The position numbers and the translations under genes are program-made. A stretch of DNA of 64,000 nucleotides from Vicugna vicugna. Lineage: Eukaryota. The stretch lies in the NCBI GenBank assembly GCA_013265495.1, contig MU057521.1, positions 1,128,335 to 1,192,334 on the forward strand, written 5' to 3'. Below, in pieces: positions 41,249 to 54,779 of the stretch (the stretch's first letter is position 1; every line of letters starts with the position of its first letter). Below the pieces are notes generated by a model. That model made no database searches. It was not told the DNA's origin and worked only from the letters and a program-made list of their open reading frames with translations.

Positions 41249-43560
41249 CTGTTTTAAAACAAAATTCACAATTTCAAATTTTCTTAAGATATTCACAGAA
41301 CACATATCATATGAAAATAATAGACATTTTACTCTAATGTAAGCCTCTTAGTCATTTGGTTTAATCAAGATAAAGCAGCAAAATGAATGTACAGCTGCAA
41401 TAGGAATAAAAATCTTAGGATAAAGATACTGTGGGGATGGGTTTATTTGTAACTTCTCACGGTTTTTAAAGTATCTTTATCTTATTTCTATAATTCGATC
41501 TTTTAGACTTTTATGCTTACCAACTACTAGAATTCTCAACCTGACTGACAAATTTACAGAAAACAGTATAAAAAATACAAAAAATAGCTAAACAAACATA
41601 TCAGTATCTACACCATACATTTTCTATGACGACTCGCTCATACAAAAAGGAGGATCTACACTTATAATCCACAAATTGTGCCTTTCTGCCATTGACCTGG
41701 GGGCCTTCCACAGCTGTTTCTGGCTAAAGGAAGGGTAAGGCAGTGGTCACAAGGGGAGCATGTAGGACAGTGGTCATTAGAGAAATAAGAAAGAGCAAGG
41801 CAGGGCTATGGGGAACATGAAGCAGGAATTCCCAGGAAAATGCTTCTTTGTTTTTGTTTATAGTTTTGATTCTTTTAATACTAGCTTTGAGAATCATGAG
41901 GGAAAAGTTATACATCCAACGTGGATTTCCATTAAAAATTATGAAATACAGCCATGTATGATTAAGATTCTTTGTTTTTGCTTTTTCTCCCCCACATTCT
42001 TTTCTTTAAAAAGGTAATTTGGTATTTTAATTCACTGGCGAATATATTTTTACTTTAGAGAACTGGGGAAACAGGAGTATTACAGCCATGTTATATACAT
42101 TTTTGCTCTTTCTTTATCCTTAAATGTTTCATGTATCTATCTTTGTAATTTTCTGAAGAAGGGAGGTGATGTGAGAGATTAAATGGAGAGTAGAAATTTC
42201 TCCATAACCCAGGAGGAGCCAAAATAAAGAAGTTGCAAATATAACTCCTGGGAAATCTGAATCACTGAGGAACTTAAATTAAAAAGTAATAGAAAGAAAT
42301 AACATAATTTTTAAAAACATAAATTAGATTTTCATGATTTAACAAGTTTGCTTCCCAAAGTAATCTTTACTAGAATAGGTAAGTGGCAAAATTCTATGGG
42401 GATCATTTACATAATTTCTTTTCCTTTTAGCATATGATAAGTTCTGTTCAACTATGTCAATAGTGCTTGAATTCATCTTTGCACATACTGTTTATAGTTT
42501 ATGACAGCTACAAAACATTTTCACTAACACTAAAAAAGTATGGCTTAGATGGTAGTCTTAGAATTTAATGTAATTTTTTAGGCTCTGCTAATAAACTGAC
42601 TTCCAAGAATAATTTCTGAGCTATTCCTATATTGTTATTCTCAGAGAAATGAGATAAAATGTGTTAATTTATAGATACCACATACTTTAAAATTAACACA
42701 TACTTTAAAAATATTGTTTAATCTTCCTTCAGTTAAAAAAGATACACCTTCATCTACTAAAGACTGGGTTAGAATGCTAAAAAAAATTGCTAACAGAGTT
42801 CAAAAAAAAGTAACAAAGACAATTGCATGATTAGAAAATAAGAGAGGAAATGTTAAATGAAAAAAATGACCATTTAGCTTGACAAGCACACATACATACG
42901 CACACAGAGCCAGTAGATTACGTGATAATTTAAAAGTAAAGTTAAAAGCAAAGGTAACCAATTATTTTACAGATTTACTTGGGATATACTGAGGAGAAAT
43001 AAATATAACACAGCATGGAGGATTCATGTAAGGTATGCAGAATCTTCTAATGGTTTAAGTGATTAAACATGGGAAAGTTGTCAAGGTACACAGTTTCCTC
43101 CCCTGGAGATTTTCATATTCAGATTAGAAGAGAATTTCATTTTTCTAAGCCATTTAAAATGTGGACATGCTCAAATATAGAGATTACATCAATCATCAAT
43201 GGCTTCTAGACCTTCTAATTTTGGCAACAGGACATTTTTTTCATGTGAAACCTTTTACTGATTCCCCAGTATACAAAACATACAAAAGCCTCTAGACCGT
43301 TTTTTTTTTTTTTTTTGCATTTTACGTTATCACTGGCACAATTTCATCTTTCATGAAGGCCCAGAAGCATCTCCAGGGAGCTTTAATGCCTCTCAGAGCC
43401 TGGGCCAAAATTAGGACTGATGGTTTGATATCAGTATTTTAACTTCCAGTTTGTTCATGTGATCTGTAAACTCATGGCCAAGATTAGGTTCGTATTTCAT
43501 AGTGCTGATTGAGAAACACAATTGCATTAAAAAGAAAATAAGTGAAAATATTGTTCCTAC

Positions 43561-43652
43561 ACTAGAAAGATATCTGGCTTTCGTCCTACAACAGGCATCA
43601 GCGGAAACACTGCCAGGAGCAAACAGAAGAGAATCCAACCCAGCGAGGTGCT
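43561..43652 (-). CDS. PIGN: PIGN coding exon (~20): [30 protein letters not shown](V)
   Basis: ttttag|AGC...AGT|gtagga; 92 nt. Confidence 0.95.
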
Positions 43653-43789
43653 CTAAAATAAAGAAAAAAGTTATCTTTAGACAATTACGGGACAGAAAAC
43701 TGTCTTCAGCGCTTCACAGACTACCTGGCCGTGAAACTAAAAGGGAAATCTGAAGTCTTCCATCTGCTTACTTTAAAAAGTAATAGTTG

Positions 43790-44040
43790 CTACTTGTGAA
43801 GGATCTGTTATGCAGTAGGCACTGTATTAGGTATGACATGAGCATTATCTCACTTAATTCTCACAATAACCTCAAGAGGTAGGTTCTATTATTCATGGTA
43901 TCTCAGATGAGGAGACTGAGCTCAGAGGTGTTAAAGCGTAAGTGGCACCAGATCTTGGACTCGTAAATGGAAACAGCCAGGATTTAAGCTTGGGTCTGCT
44001 ATTTCAAAGCAAGTGCTTCATTCCACTCATGTTCTACTGT
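43790..44040 (-). mobile_element. MIR SINE
   Basis: ttaattctcacaataacctcaagaggtagg...cagatgaggagactgagctcagaggtgttaa. Confidence 0.75.
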
Positions 44041-44814
44041 ATATCATGACATCTATAAGAATGCTGGCCTGCAATCATAGTCAAATGACTGAACCCAGGA
44101 GGGAAATCATTAAAAATGCTTTGTAATTAGATTAAGACCAAAAAAAGAAAGAAAGAAAGATCAGTAATCCCATTAATTGGAACATTTTGTAAGCTCTCAC
44201 AGGGTGGAGACAAGCTATTTCCATCTTCTGGCTACCTCCATCAAAAAGTATCACAGTGGGAAAAAAGAAAAAAAGAAAAAGGAAAAAAAAAGCATCAAAG
44301 TGGAAGCATGACAGTACACTTTATAGAAGCACATTGTAATTAATTACCTAGTTAAAGGAAGTAAGTCAGGAGGAATTATATTTTAGAATAATCTATCATG
44401 AATATACACTTTTCCAGAGAAAAACTGAGGTGGCTCAGGAACAGAAGTGGGGATGATTCCACTGACTTGAGTCCAGAGCATAGCCCCCCTGCCACCACAC
44501 TGCTCTGGGCAGTTCCTCAGTGGCATTTAGATATTTGAGACTAAAGGAGTCTAGGAAGTGCTTCAGAGAAGGATGTATCAGCTCTGTGTCTCGAGTATTT
44601 CAGTCACCACAAGACCAGTTCATTTTGATGGGAAAGTCTACATGAATCACGGAAACCTTAAAGTCAACCTCAGTCCTCCTGTCAAAAGGAGCAGGTTCTT
44701 TAATATAAGGACACATTCTACTCTTGTCTTAAAAAATGAACGATTCCTTAAATTAAACACATATCAAAATGAAGTCGCTATGAATCTGTCCAATGTCAAA
44801 ATGAATACTTATAC

Positions 44815-44907
44815 CTTTGCTCGAGTCCACAGTGGGGTGATAAATGGCCACCCTGCAAACACGATGAGTCCAGCTGTAAGCATATAGCGGTAGAAAAAAC
44901 TGAGAAC
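44815..44907 (-). CDS. PIGN: PIGN coding exon (~19): [31 protein letters not shown]
   Basis: tgctag|GTT...AAG|gtataa; 93 nt; preceded by a 104-nt intron. Confidence 0.96.
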
Positions 44908-45011
44908 CTAGCAAGGCAATCCAAAGAAGAATGGGAAAATGAGGTTATTTCAAAGGAGTTACATGTGTATGAAAGAGACCTGAAAATGTTGTCATGCGGT
45001 AAATCACTTAC

Positions 45012-45111
45012 CAATACTTCAACTCCCAGGATAAAGAGTAACAGGTATCCAACAAAACGACTTGGAGGGAAGGTCAACAGTAATGTGACAAAGCCTTGAA
45101 GAACTGGAAAT
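45012..45111 (-). CDS. PIGN: PIGN coding exon (~18): FPVLQGFVTLLLTFPPSRFVGYLLLFILGVEVL
   Basis: aaacag|A...TTG|gtaagt; 100 nt. Confidence 0.95.
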
Positions 45112-47188
45112 CTGTTTAACGAGATTATTTATAAGAAGATTATTTAAAACCTATAGTGAATGCAAAAAAATAGGTCTCATATAGTAAAAAAATAAAAATT
45201 TTATGCATAGAAATCAGGGAATTTTTAATTTATAGATTTTTTAAAAACTAAGATAACTTCTAACAGATTTGTTTCAATGGCTTTACTTACCATTTTTTTT
45301 GAAACCTAGAAACAGTTTAGGAAAAATGTCATTTCTGAATTAATTTGATAATTATCATAAAAACTTGCTTGGTTTTTTAATGACAAACATTAATGACAAT
45401 AAATGAGTTTTATTTGATCGTAGTTTAAACATAGGTACATATAATTACAGATATAATGAACCCAATCAACCCAAATGATTAAAAACTGAGAACATTTTGA
45501 AAATTCACCAAGGTTAATTATATACTGAAATCTGAACTGTCTTAATAAAATAAAGGTAAGTTCTCCTCATCCAGATAGAGAAAACCTTAACTGCACTTTT
45601 TCACTGGGTTAAATAACCTTTTTGAAACTCAATTCAAGATGTCACTAATTATACACTAATTGTAATTAAATGTGAATTCATAACCATTAAAAATGTATTA
45701 CATACTTGAGTACTTTTTACATTTCATCACTGGAAAAAAATTTTTAGCATTTGTAGTGCATTATTAAGTAGGCAATTATAAAAGGTCATATCATTTGGTT
45801 TATAACATCTTTCTGATTGACAACAATGGTTACATAATGCTATCAAAACTTTGAAGGTGCCATGCAGGAAAGAAAAGCTAACACCAGTCAAAATGAGAAT
45901 GTTTCTTTTGTTCTCAACAGTGATCTTTTGTAAAATCATTTAGATTTTTTCTAGAAGAAAAGTGAATTTTTATCTTTTATTCTCTTTATAATCTATCAAA
46001 AAGATGAAGATAGAACACAACATACCTTCAAAATCACACTGTCCCTTAAAATTTAAACATGTGTTCTTCATAAATAGAATATTTAATAATTCAGAAGGGA
46101 ATTTTGGATAAAGTCTTTCACTCTAAAATTTTAAACCAGAGCAAATGAAATTAGAAAAAAATCCAGTTTAAATATGTACATCCAGCAACCCTAATCTTTT
46201 CAAATGGAGAATAGTATGTTCTTTTATCAATGGTTTGTTTTGCCTTATATTTGAAATGTTAATATTTAAAATATTTTAATATCAATTTTAATTTTTGCTA
46301 TGAAGAAGAGGTGGTCAACGCTGAAATTAACAGAAATCAAAATAAAAATATGCATCATGTCACTGTAAACATGCTGGCCAACTCTGAAAATACCCTTATG
46401 CTGGGCTGTCATTCCCTGGTCTACTCTCAGGGTCTGGTTTGCTCAGAGGATGCTTGGATGTCCAAGACGAAGTTTAAATTCTAGATTACTGGTGCAAATA
46501 CAGAAATGAACAAGATCTGCAAGGTGACCCTTGCTGCCTATGAACTTGAACCAGCCCAGTATTTTAGTGGTTTTGTTTTAAAGTGCTTGAAACGCTTATG
46601 AGAGCTCTACCTCTGATGTTTTCTATAATGGCAAGAACTCATTTTAAGTCCTATTGGTGAGGAAACACTTAAAGGCAGAACCGCAGAATAAGTGATAATA
46701 TCCATTAATCCCTGTATGTGCATATTACTAGATTGTATTTAATTACACACTTTCCTTCATCTAAGTTTACATGCCAGCTAGGAAGGGAGGGGCAAAAATG
46801 CACAGCATGAAAGCTTATAAACTACTTTGTGAAGCATGAAGATACACTGGAAACTGGGATGAGACAAGTTCAAAATGCCAGTTACTCATTGGCATAGTAC
46901 AATCCATATTAATCATTTAATTTTTACTCCAGATTTTCATATAAAAGATACACAAAGAAGGGAATGAGATCAATGCTACCTCAGGGCAATAAAGATGAAG
47001 TCAAAAGGGAAAACACAAAGGATGTTTATATGCAACATTGATACTGTTACAGATGAAATGAGAGGGCTCCGAGACCTGAGGTTATTAGAAGTATCTTTCA
47101 CAACTTACGCTACAGAAACTAACGCATTTTAAACACAGACTTAACTGCCGGTGAAGTGAAAAATGAGACAGCAAGATGTGTTACTTAC

Positions 47189-47328
47189 TCTCTTAGAAAC
47201 GCATACCATATGGGCAGTGGCAACAAGCAGTATACGTAGTAAGTCCAGGGACAGGCTTGAACCAGCAGGAAAAGTGCTACTAAAATGCCAATAGCTACAA
47301 AACAACATGGCAGGAGATGGCTTGGTTT
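47189..47328 (-). CDS. PIGN: PIGN coding exon (~17): [46 protein letters not shown](E)
   Basis: tttcag|AAA...AGA|gtaagt; 140 nt. Confidence 0.96.
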
Positions 47329-48249
47329 CTGAAAATCAAACAAAACATTGAAAACACTCCGAACTCATGCTAACTGATAGGTTTTTAGAAGAGATTTTAT
47401 GAAGACAAGGAAATATATTACTTTCTTTCAATGGCTCTACAACTAGATGATTAAGAACTGCATTTTAAAAAAATCTGTCATTGGAGAAGCACATTATAGA
47501 AGAAAAAGCTGGATAGCCTGGAACTGCGGCAATCAGGCAATCCTCAATTTAAAAGTGACTAAGTTTCTAAAGCTTGTTTGCAAGTAACTTGTTCAGACTT
47601 CGAACATACTTCTCCTTGGTACCGATTTTATAAATGTTGATTAAGTTCACTGACTAGCTCACAAAAGCCCATTTAATCCACAATAAACTGTGGGACCTAA
47701 TCTTCATTTGGAACAATGCTTCTATCTATTCGAATTTCAACTTGACATGCGGCCCACGCTTCTCTCTCCATTGCCCAACCACAGTAGGTTCATTCAGTCA
47801 TATCTTCTCTTTCCAACCACCTGCCAAACAAGAAAGGAGTTCCTCAGTGTAAGTCACCAATGATGGCCCCTCCATGGGCTGGGCAAGCCACAGGTGCTCT
47901 GGGCCAGGAGTAAAGACGCCAGGGGTCAGGGACAGAACTTCCAATAACTGGGAAACACACTTACAGAAAACTGGAATGCTAACAACAGCACAGGAGGGAA
48001 AAACAGAACTGGAGGGGTCATGTGACGTGCTGTCTTGCCTCTGTGCCTTATTTTCTGTTTTCCCTTTCTTTGCTACCCAAGCTAATTAAGGTGAGAATTA
48101 AGAATTACCTTCTGGAGCAGGGGAAATTAGGGAGGGGGAGCAAGAGTTTTTTCCTCTTTACAGTTCCCCCCTACTGGCATAAAACATCACCAGAAAGGAA
48201 GAAGCAAGGATAAACTAGGGCAGAGATGTAAAGAGGAAGGTGAAACACG

Positions 48250-48470
48250 GCACAGTGATTAAGGGTTTGGAGCTACACAGATTAGAATTCAAATCCTCAT
48301 TCTGTCACTTGCTCCCTGTATGATCATAAACCAAGTACAAGACTTAGATTCTGAGACTTAATTTCACCCCACCTATAAAATGGGAATAAAATTCCATATC
48401 TATCTATCAAAGTTGGTAAGGCTTAAATGAGATTATGTGAAGAGCTTATTTAACGAAGTGCCCAGAATAT
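48250..48470 (+). mobile_element. MIR SINE
   Basis: ttcaaatcctcattctgtcacttgc...ctataaaatgggaataa...ttaaatgagattatgtgaagagctt. Confidence 0.65.
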
Positions 48471-49363
48471 TACTGCTGCCTCGTAAATAATGGCTGCTGT
48501 TATCACCTTTGTTTTCATTCTCTTCTCTTCTACTTCTTTGCATTAGTCCCCGAAGCCACTGCAGAGACCTATCAGTGAACAGCACTGGAACTGGAGATGG
48601 GTGAGGCAGCAGTGGAGGTCCCATAGCCAGGGGATGGGAGGAGAAGGGGCGAATCCCACACAGATAAGGACAGGCAGAGCCCCTAAAGCTGAAGGTGCCT
48701 GGGGCAGGTACTCACTATAGGAGCTGAGACTGGTTTCACATCATTTTAAGAATAGTAAAATAAAAGAAGTTTAAAAGAGTACCGAAAAAGGCACTAGAAG
48801 GATTTTCTAAAGTCAGTACAGTATCATATGATTATCTAATCCTTTGATACCTAAAGTAATAGACATTACAAAAAACACCTGCTTGTAGGAAACCAAGTCA
48901 GAAAGAATTCAGTTCAGCTGAAGTAAAAACTGAAAGGATTTTAAATAACAGGAGTGGGGAACATTCTCTACCACATCATGAATTAACTCCCTGCCTCCCC
49001 CTGCCCTCCAAAAAACACCTGTTGATAACGAACCACAAGTGTGCATTGTGATTACTCCTTCATCCAATGAACGGTTATTAAGTCTCACCCTGTATGCCAT
49101 GCTCTGTACCAGTGCTGGCCTCCAAGGAGTTTAAACCATACAAATGGAGACAGAATCACGGGGCTTGGTTTAAGGGGTTAACATTTTGAGATTTTACTAA
49201 GTAAGGAGAGAACAAGGAAAGTGTGTGGCAAATAAGAATTCTGAGTTCTAAAGCAAAGGACATCCAAACTAGCAAAAGCAAAGGAGAGGAGTACACAGAA
49301 GTCAAATGCAGAGTTCAAATAAGAGCAGCTGTGGCAAATCACGTTCATAGAAGAGTGAATGTT

Positions 49364-49485
49364 GGGGGTTTGGGGGGTTTAGCTCAGTGGCAGAGCACAT
49401 GCTTAGCATGCACAAGGTCCTGGGTTCAATCTCTAGTACCGCCATTACAAATCAAGTATGTTTTTTAAAAAGTATATTAAAAAAA
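49364..49485 (+). mobile_element. Vic-1-like SINE
   Basis: tagctcagtggcagagcacatgcttagcatgcacaaggtcctgggttcaatc; A-rich tail; imperfect TSD aagag(tg)aatgtt. Confidence 0.85.
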
Positions 49486-50136
49486 GAGAATGTTCACTGC
49501 AGACTTGCCTGTAATAGTGATAAATTAGAAACGACCTGTATCACGTGGAGGACACTGTCAAGTAGGAGTGACAAACTTTGGAGTCAGACGTAAATTTAAT
49601 TCCAGTGTTGCCATTCCATTTGCTGTCAATTTGACTAAACCATTTATCTTGTCTGGAGCTCTGCTTTCTTGCCTGGCAGGGGAGGGTAACAGCTGCTGGG
49701 AGCGCATCTCCCACTACCTCCCAGCCCTCTACAGTCTCGCCATGTCAGTGACTTGCAGCTCTTCCAAAGAAGCCATGCTACCTCACTCCTCATTTGGCAT
49801 TTGCTGTTCTCTCGGCACATCTTTTTTCCTTTTTCCTATTGGGCTATCCAACTCACCTTTAAGACTTCACTTTGGCAGGAGCTTCCTCTGTGAAGCCTCC
49901 CTCCACCCGAGCTGCAAGCATCACGATCTAATACGTGCACAGCTGAAATCATCTTACCCCCATTTGCTCTCCATACCTCCCTTAAATTAATACTACAGAC
50001 TTCTGGTAACTTATTCTTCTTCCAGAAAATATTTAGATTGTGTCACTTCACTAAACTATAAACTCTTGCTAAAGAAGAATCAGAATATTTTTGCAAACAG
50101 AACCAAAGGGTTCAAAATACTTTCGATGACCTCAAC

Positions 50137-50540
50137 TGCAATGGTCAAGTTTTAATGTGTCAGCTTGGCCAGGCTATAGCCCCTAGTTAGTTATTCAAAA
50201 CACTAATCTAAGTGTTGCTGTAAAAGGGTCTGGTAGATGTGACTGAAGTCCACAATCTGATGACTTTAAGGAAGAGAGATTATCATCAATAATCGGGGGT
50301 GGGCTGATTCAATCACTTACAGGGCTTGAAGAGCTGAACGGAGGCCTCCCTGAAAAAGAAACTGCCCGTGTGGAGGGAGCTCCGGCTCCTGCAAGTCCCA
50401 GTCCGCCCTCCCTGACAACCTGACTATGAACTCAGGACCCGCCTAACGAGCCCCCACAGTCACGGAAGACAGCTCCTTACGCTAAATCTCTTAATACCGA
50501 GATCCTACCGGTCTGTTTCTCTGGCTTAACTCTGACATAC
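50137..50540 (+). mobile_element. ERVL solo LTR (MLT2-like)
   Basis: tgcaatggtcaagttttaatgtgtcagcttggccaggcta...ctgtttctctggcttaactctgacatac. Confidence 0.75.
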
Positions 50541-52642
50541 CAACTCTTCACTACATCAAGTCTAAACTCTGAAGCATTTGAGGCCTTTGATTCCTTCAGC
50601 CAAATCCTTATTGTCAGTATTCTTTCTTATTAGTCTCTTGAACAAACCTCCCACATTCTACTCAAACTGAACTATTTATTTTGAAGGCATCACGGTGTAG
50701 AAAGAGTTTAAGCATCAGAATATATTAGTTCTGTCATTTAACAATGGTGTGTCCTTGAAGGAAACTATCTCTCTGAACCCCAAATCCCCCCACCCATGAG
50801 AATTATAGCCGCTAAGTCTAGGGTGGTATTAAGCTTAACTGAATGACACATGTGAAACACCCAGGATAGTCCTGGAATGGTGGGGTTTAATAATTATTAC
50901 TTATTAACCCAACATAAAAATACATTTCCCCAACTCTGCCGCTGTTTATACCATTCAATTCGCTTTAATTCTCATCCTCTCCCTATAGTCTGACTATTAG
51001 ATTTCCACCAAGACTTTCGTTCTCCTGCTATCATCACCCTAGCTAAAGAGAGATTTCCTTTATTTACAATGATAGTCTCTGTATCACATTCAAACACTTA
51101 ACATATACTAAGGCTGTCAAACACTTCGGTTGTTGTCTTTTGTAACAGTGTTCTAGCGTGGTGACCTATACCTGATAAGGCGGTTATGTGTGTACATTTC
51201 TTACCTACTTTATTTAATTCCAAGATCCTTGAGAGTAGAGTCTGAATTTTACATCTCTTGGTGCAGCCTATGCAGCAGCTGGCATTGTGCTGTGCACTCA
51301 GATAAATATTTGCTGCATTAGCGAATGAATGAATACAGAACTATCAGCCATGAAATCTGCTGACACATCAATCTAAAGACATCATATCCTTTCTCAATAA
51401 CACAAATCGAGATAAACACAAAAAGGCAGTGCTGGGCACTAATACTGCTCTGGACTCAAATCTCAGTCCCTTCACCTTCCAGCTGAATGGCCTTCTGCAA
51501 GGCTTCAGTTTCCTCTTTTGTACAGAGAAATTATAATGCCTACTTCCAGCACTGTTACAAGTTTAAAATGGCAAAATAAATTTCAAATACCCAGCTGAAT
51601 GCCTAGATAGATCCCTTACTAAAACACATTTGTTTTTGTCTCTTTTCCTAGTACGTAAGAAATTATTTCTACTCGATCCAATTTCACATACATTCAAATA
51701 GTGAAAATTACTTGGGGGAAATCATTTAAGATGCATTAAAGCACTATAAAATGGAATAAACACTACTATTCTTCCTTCCATTACAGAAAAATAAAATATA
51801 AAATGGAAAAAAGTAATCACTGGAAATATCTGCAGACTATTAATAATACACCACCCAGATACATTGCTTTTTAGAGAATTTAGATGTGGTCATAACCACT
51901 GGAGAGAATGAAGTAAAGGAAATGGAAGCTGCGTATTCTCCCTGGTAAATGACAGTAATATATTTGAAAAGACTTAAGTATTTTAATATAGTAAAACCAT
52001 GTATATACTGTCATATTTTCTCAGTTGTTTAAAGGATTATTCAAGAGGAGAGTTTTTTTGGCATTGAAAGTACAGTAAACTAGGGACTAATTCTTCAAAT
52101 GAGGATAAGTAGAAAGTTCTGGAAATCTGTACTTCAGAATTTTAGAAAGATAAAATAGGTAAGGATAATTTCAGAAAAACATGTATTACTTAAAAAAAAA
52201 AGGAATATTTGGAATAAGTGATTTTCTTTCTTTCCAACTCCTAAACTCAGTATCAGATAAAGTTAAAAATAAATTACATCGCTTTCAAGTAGTTTTCTGA
52301 CCACCTGTATTGTACAAAGATATGGAATACTTATAACATGCTAAGTAATTATAAAAATAAACAGAAAATCAACAGTTAGTGACATAGGTGAATTTAAGTT
52401 ATAGTTATCTTCGTAGCCTTCTTCAGTTACGGGATGGTTATTATTGACACACCCTTTTCCAAACTAAAGAAATAAAGATCACTGAGAAAAAGACCTAATA
52501 CAACAAAAGCACACGAAAGAGTTAGCTTAGTACAAAATGCACATTATATGAACTCATTACAGTTGATTTGCTTCAATTTCTTTCCTCAGTCCTAGTGATT
52601 TTACACCATCATCTGAATCTTCATTATATTTTCTGAACATAC

Positions 52643-52825
52643 CTTGACTTCTTTACCAACACTTCTGGTAAGGTTGCAGTGAGACTTGATGATCAACAAA
52701 GAAGCATAAGATATCCATCCCACAAAGCCGAGAACAACGTTGAAGGCCAAGAAGAATCTGTCGTAAGTGTGATAATAGGACAATCCTTTCAATGAAAGAT
52801 TAATCAGCTCCTTGCAAAGAGAGAC
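52643..52825 (-). CDS. PIGN: PIGN coding exon (~16): [61 protein letters not shown]
   Basis: catag|GTC...AAG|gtatgt; 183 nt; contains the GLSYYHTYD motif and a hydrophobic helix. Confidence 0.97.
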
Positions 52826-53755
52826 CTATGGAGAAAGAAAAATGTAACTTGCAACCCAGAAAGAATAAGAAAATTTAAGTTTCAAAGGAAAGAAAATTAT
52901 TAAAATTAGAGTAACTGTAGATGACAGATCAAAAACTTTTTGATTATTCGTGGATCTTTCTTGCAAAGCATAAGAAAAATCCCTGAATAAAATTAATTTT
53001 TAAATCTTGATAAGGACACTTTAAATGTAAACTATCCATGAGATGTGTACTGATTTTAAATGATTCATTTTGTGGAAATTATCTTCAGATGACATAAGAA
53101 GGAAATGGCTAATATAGGTTCCAAGTAACAGAGATGTCCACATTTATACCATTTGACTTTTCATATCAGATTACCTAATTCAGCTATAAAACATTATTAA
53201 AATAGCTTAATATTTTAGAGAGGAAGGATAGTTTGCCATTATAAAATCATAACAAAAATAAGCATGAGAAATGCATGGTATCATTTAGGCAATTTTAGAA
53301 ACTGAAAATAGAATTCTTTCTTACTTTAAAATTATATGACCATTTAACAAAGAGAAAATTAATAAAAAACATAGCAGGGTAGGAGCTGGGAAAAGTCAAA
53401 GCTTCAATACGAATCATTAGACTTCTAATAGCGTGAAGCTAATTCCCAATGTACACATACGTCAACATTCTAAAAATTCTGCATAAGTAGGGTGACAGAA
53501 GCTTGGAATATACTTTCTCATTACAGAAAATGGCAATTGTTCATCTCCAGTTTTAACCTAAAAACATTTACCTATAACATGATCTGAAATAAGAGATGGA
53601 TGTCCATGGCTAAATCAGCTACTTAGGAAATTCAACCCTTCCTCGAGCATTCAGGAAAGCTCCCCAGCCTGCCCACTTTGCTCTCCATCACCATCCCTGC
53701 CTCTCCCCATACCTGAAGGATCAACTATTTACATACACAAGGTCTGCATACTTAC

Positions 53756-53834
53756 TGCTTCATCATACTTTTTCTGTTTTATATAAGACCTTGCTTTTCT
53801 TAAAATGTTCATCTGTTTAGAATCAGAAAGCAAC
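53756..53834 (-). CDS. PIGN: PIGN coding exon (~15): [26 protein letters not shown]
   Basis: tttgtag|G...GCA|gtaagt; 79 nt; lies within ORF 53729..54055. Confidence 0.96.
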
Positions 53835-53888
53835 CTACAAAAGAAAAAAAAGGGTTTAGGTTTAAAATGTTTCCTCATTTCAATTACA

Positions 53889-53971
53889 TTTCTTTCTTTT
53901 TTCTTCCTTTCTTTCTTCTTTCTTTCTTTCTTTCTTCCTTTTCTTTTCTTTTTTCTTTTCTTTCTTTTTTT
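53889..53971. repeat. (TTTC)n-like low-complexity tract
   Basis: About 80 nt of only T and C on the + strand. Confidence 0.9.
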
Positions 53972-54691
53972 GCTTGATTGAAAATAAAAGGATGGTGAAA
54001 ATTGAGAAAAGAAAGAAAGAGACAAATGAACAAACTCCAGGCTAAACTGTATCATTGCTGGTTATCTGAATTCTTCCAATAAATGGCTTATAGTTAAATT
54101 TGGTTTTCCTGACTCAAAGTTTCAACTGCCAAACTCCACTTAGGACAGTCTTATAATACATCACTGGCACCACTGGAAGAAATGTAATATTCTGGCTAAC
54201 AAAGGTTTTCTGATTAAATCAATGTAATTAATGGAACAGGAAACGAGTGGTCTGGGTTACAATGCTTAGCCCTCTCTTTCATGCTCATGGTAGACACAAC
54301 AGACTAGATTTGTTTTGGAGCTTTAAACCTCTGAGCCAGACAGGGCCTGAGAATTTTCATTATCGAAGAGATCCAGGCAGAGCTTAACCAACAATTAAAA
54401 TCAGTGAACAATTTGAACCTATCTGCTTTTTTTGTATTTATATACAAATATACAATATATGCACATTTTTTGGTTCCCCTATTTTTCATTTCTCTTTTCA
54501 CCATTTCCTTGTCTTGTTTTACCACAGTAGAAACCTTAAATATACAGGAGAAACACTCCTAATACTGCATAAGTAATTTTTAAGTAAGTACATTTAAATA
54601 CAAAATTGAACATACACTGCTTGACTAGAACCTACATTCCTAAAGTGAATACCTTTACATTTTAAAAGTGTGAAAAAGTTATTTAAGGATA

Positions 54692-54779
54692 TATTAGGTT
54701 GGATCATATGAAACTGATGTTTTTGTATGCCAAAAACTACTGAATTAAATTTTGGCAATTTCATATGGTTCAACAGATA
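54692..54779. mobile_element. MADE2-like mariner MITE
   Basis: tattaggttggatcatatgaaactg...ggcaatttcatatggttcaacagata, ~88 bp with imperfect inverted termini. Confidence 0.7.

Noticed and set aside
42679..42710. Short tandem duplications (cacatactttaaaa x2; aaagtgcttgaa x2 near 39063)
   Set aside because: Ordinary slippage duplications; only two units, not an array.
49364..49445. tRNA-like sequence (also near 26330, 29950 and 6970)
   Set aside because: These are SINE heads with tails and TSDs, not tRNA genes.
49568..49990. Longest ORF in the track (140 aa)
   Set aside because: Lies over MIR/L2-like relics, has a non-ATG start and no homology I recognise.
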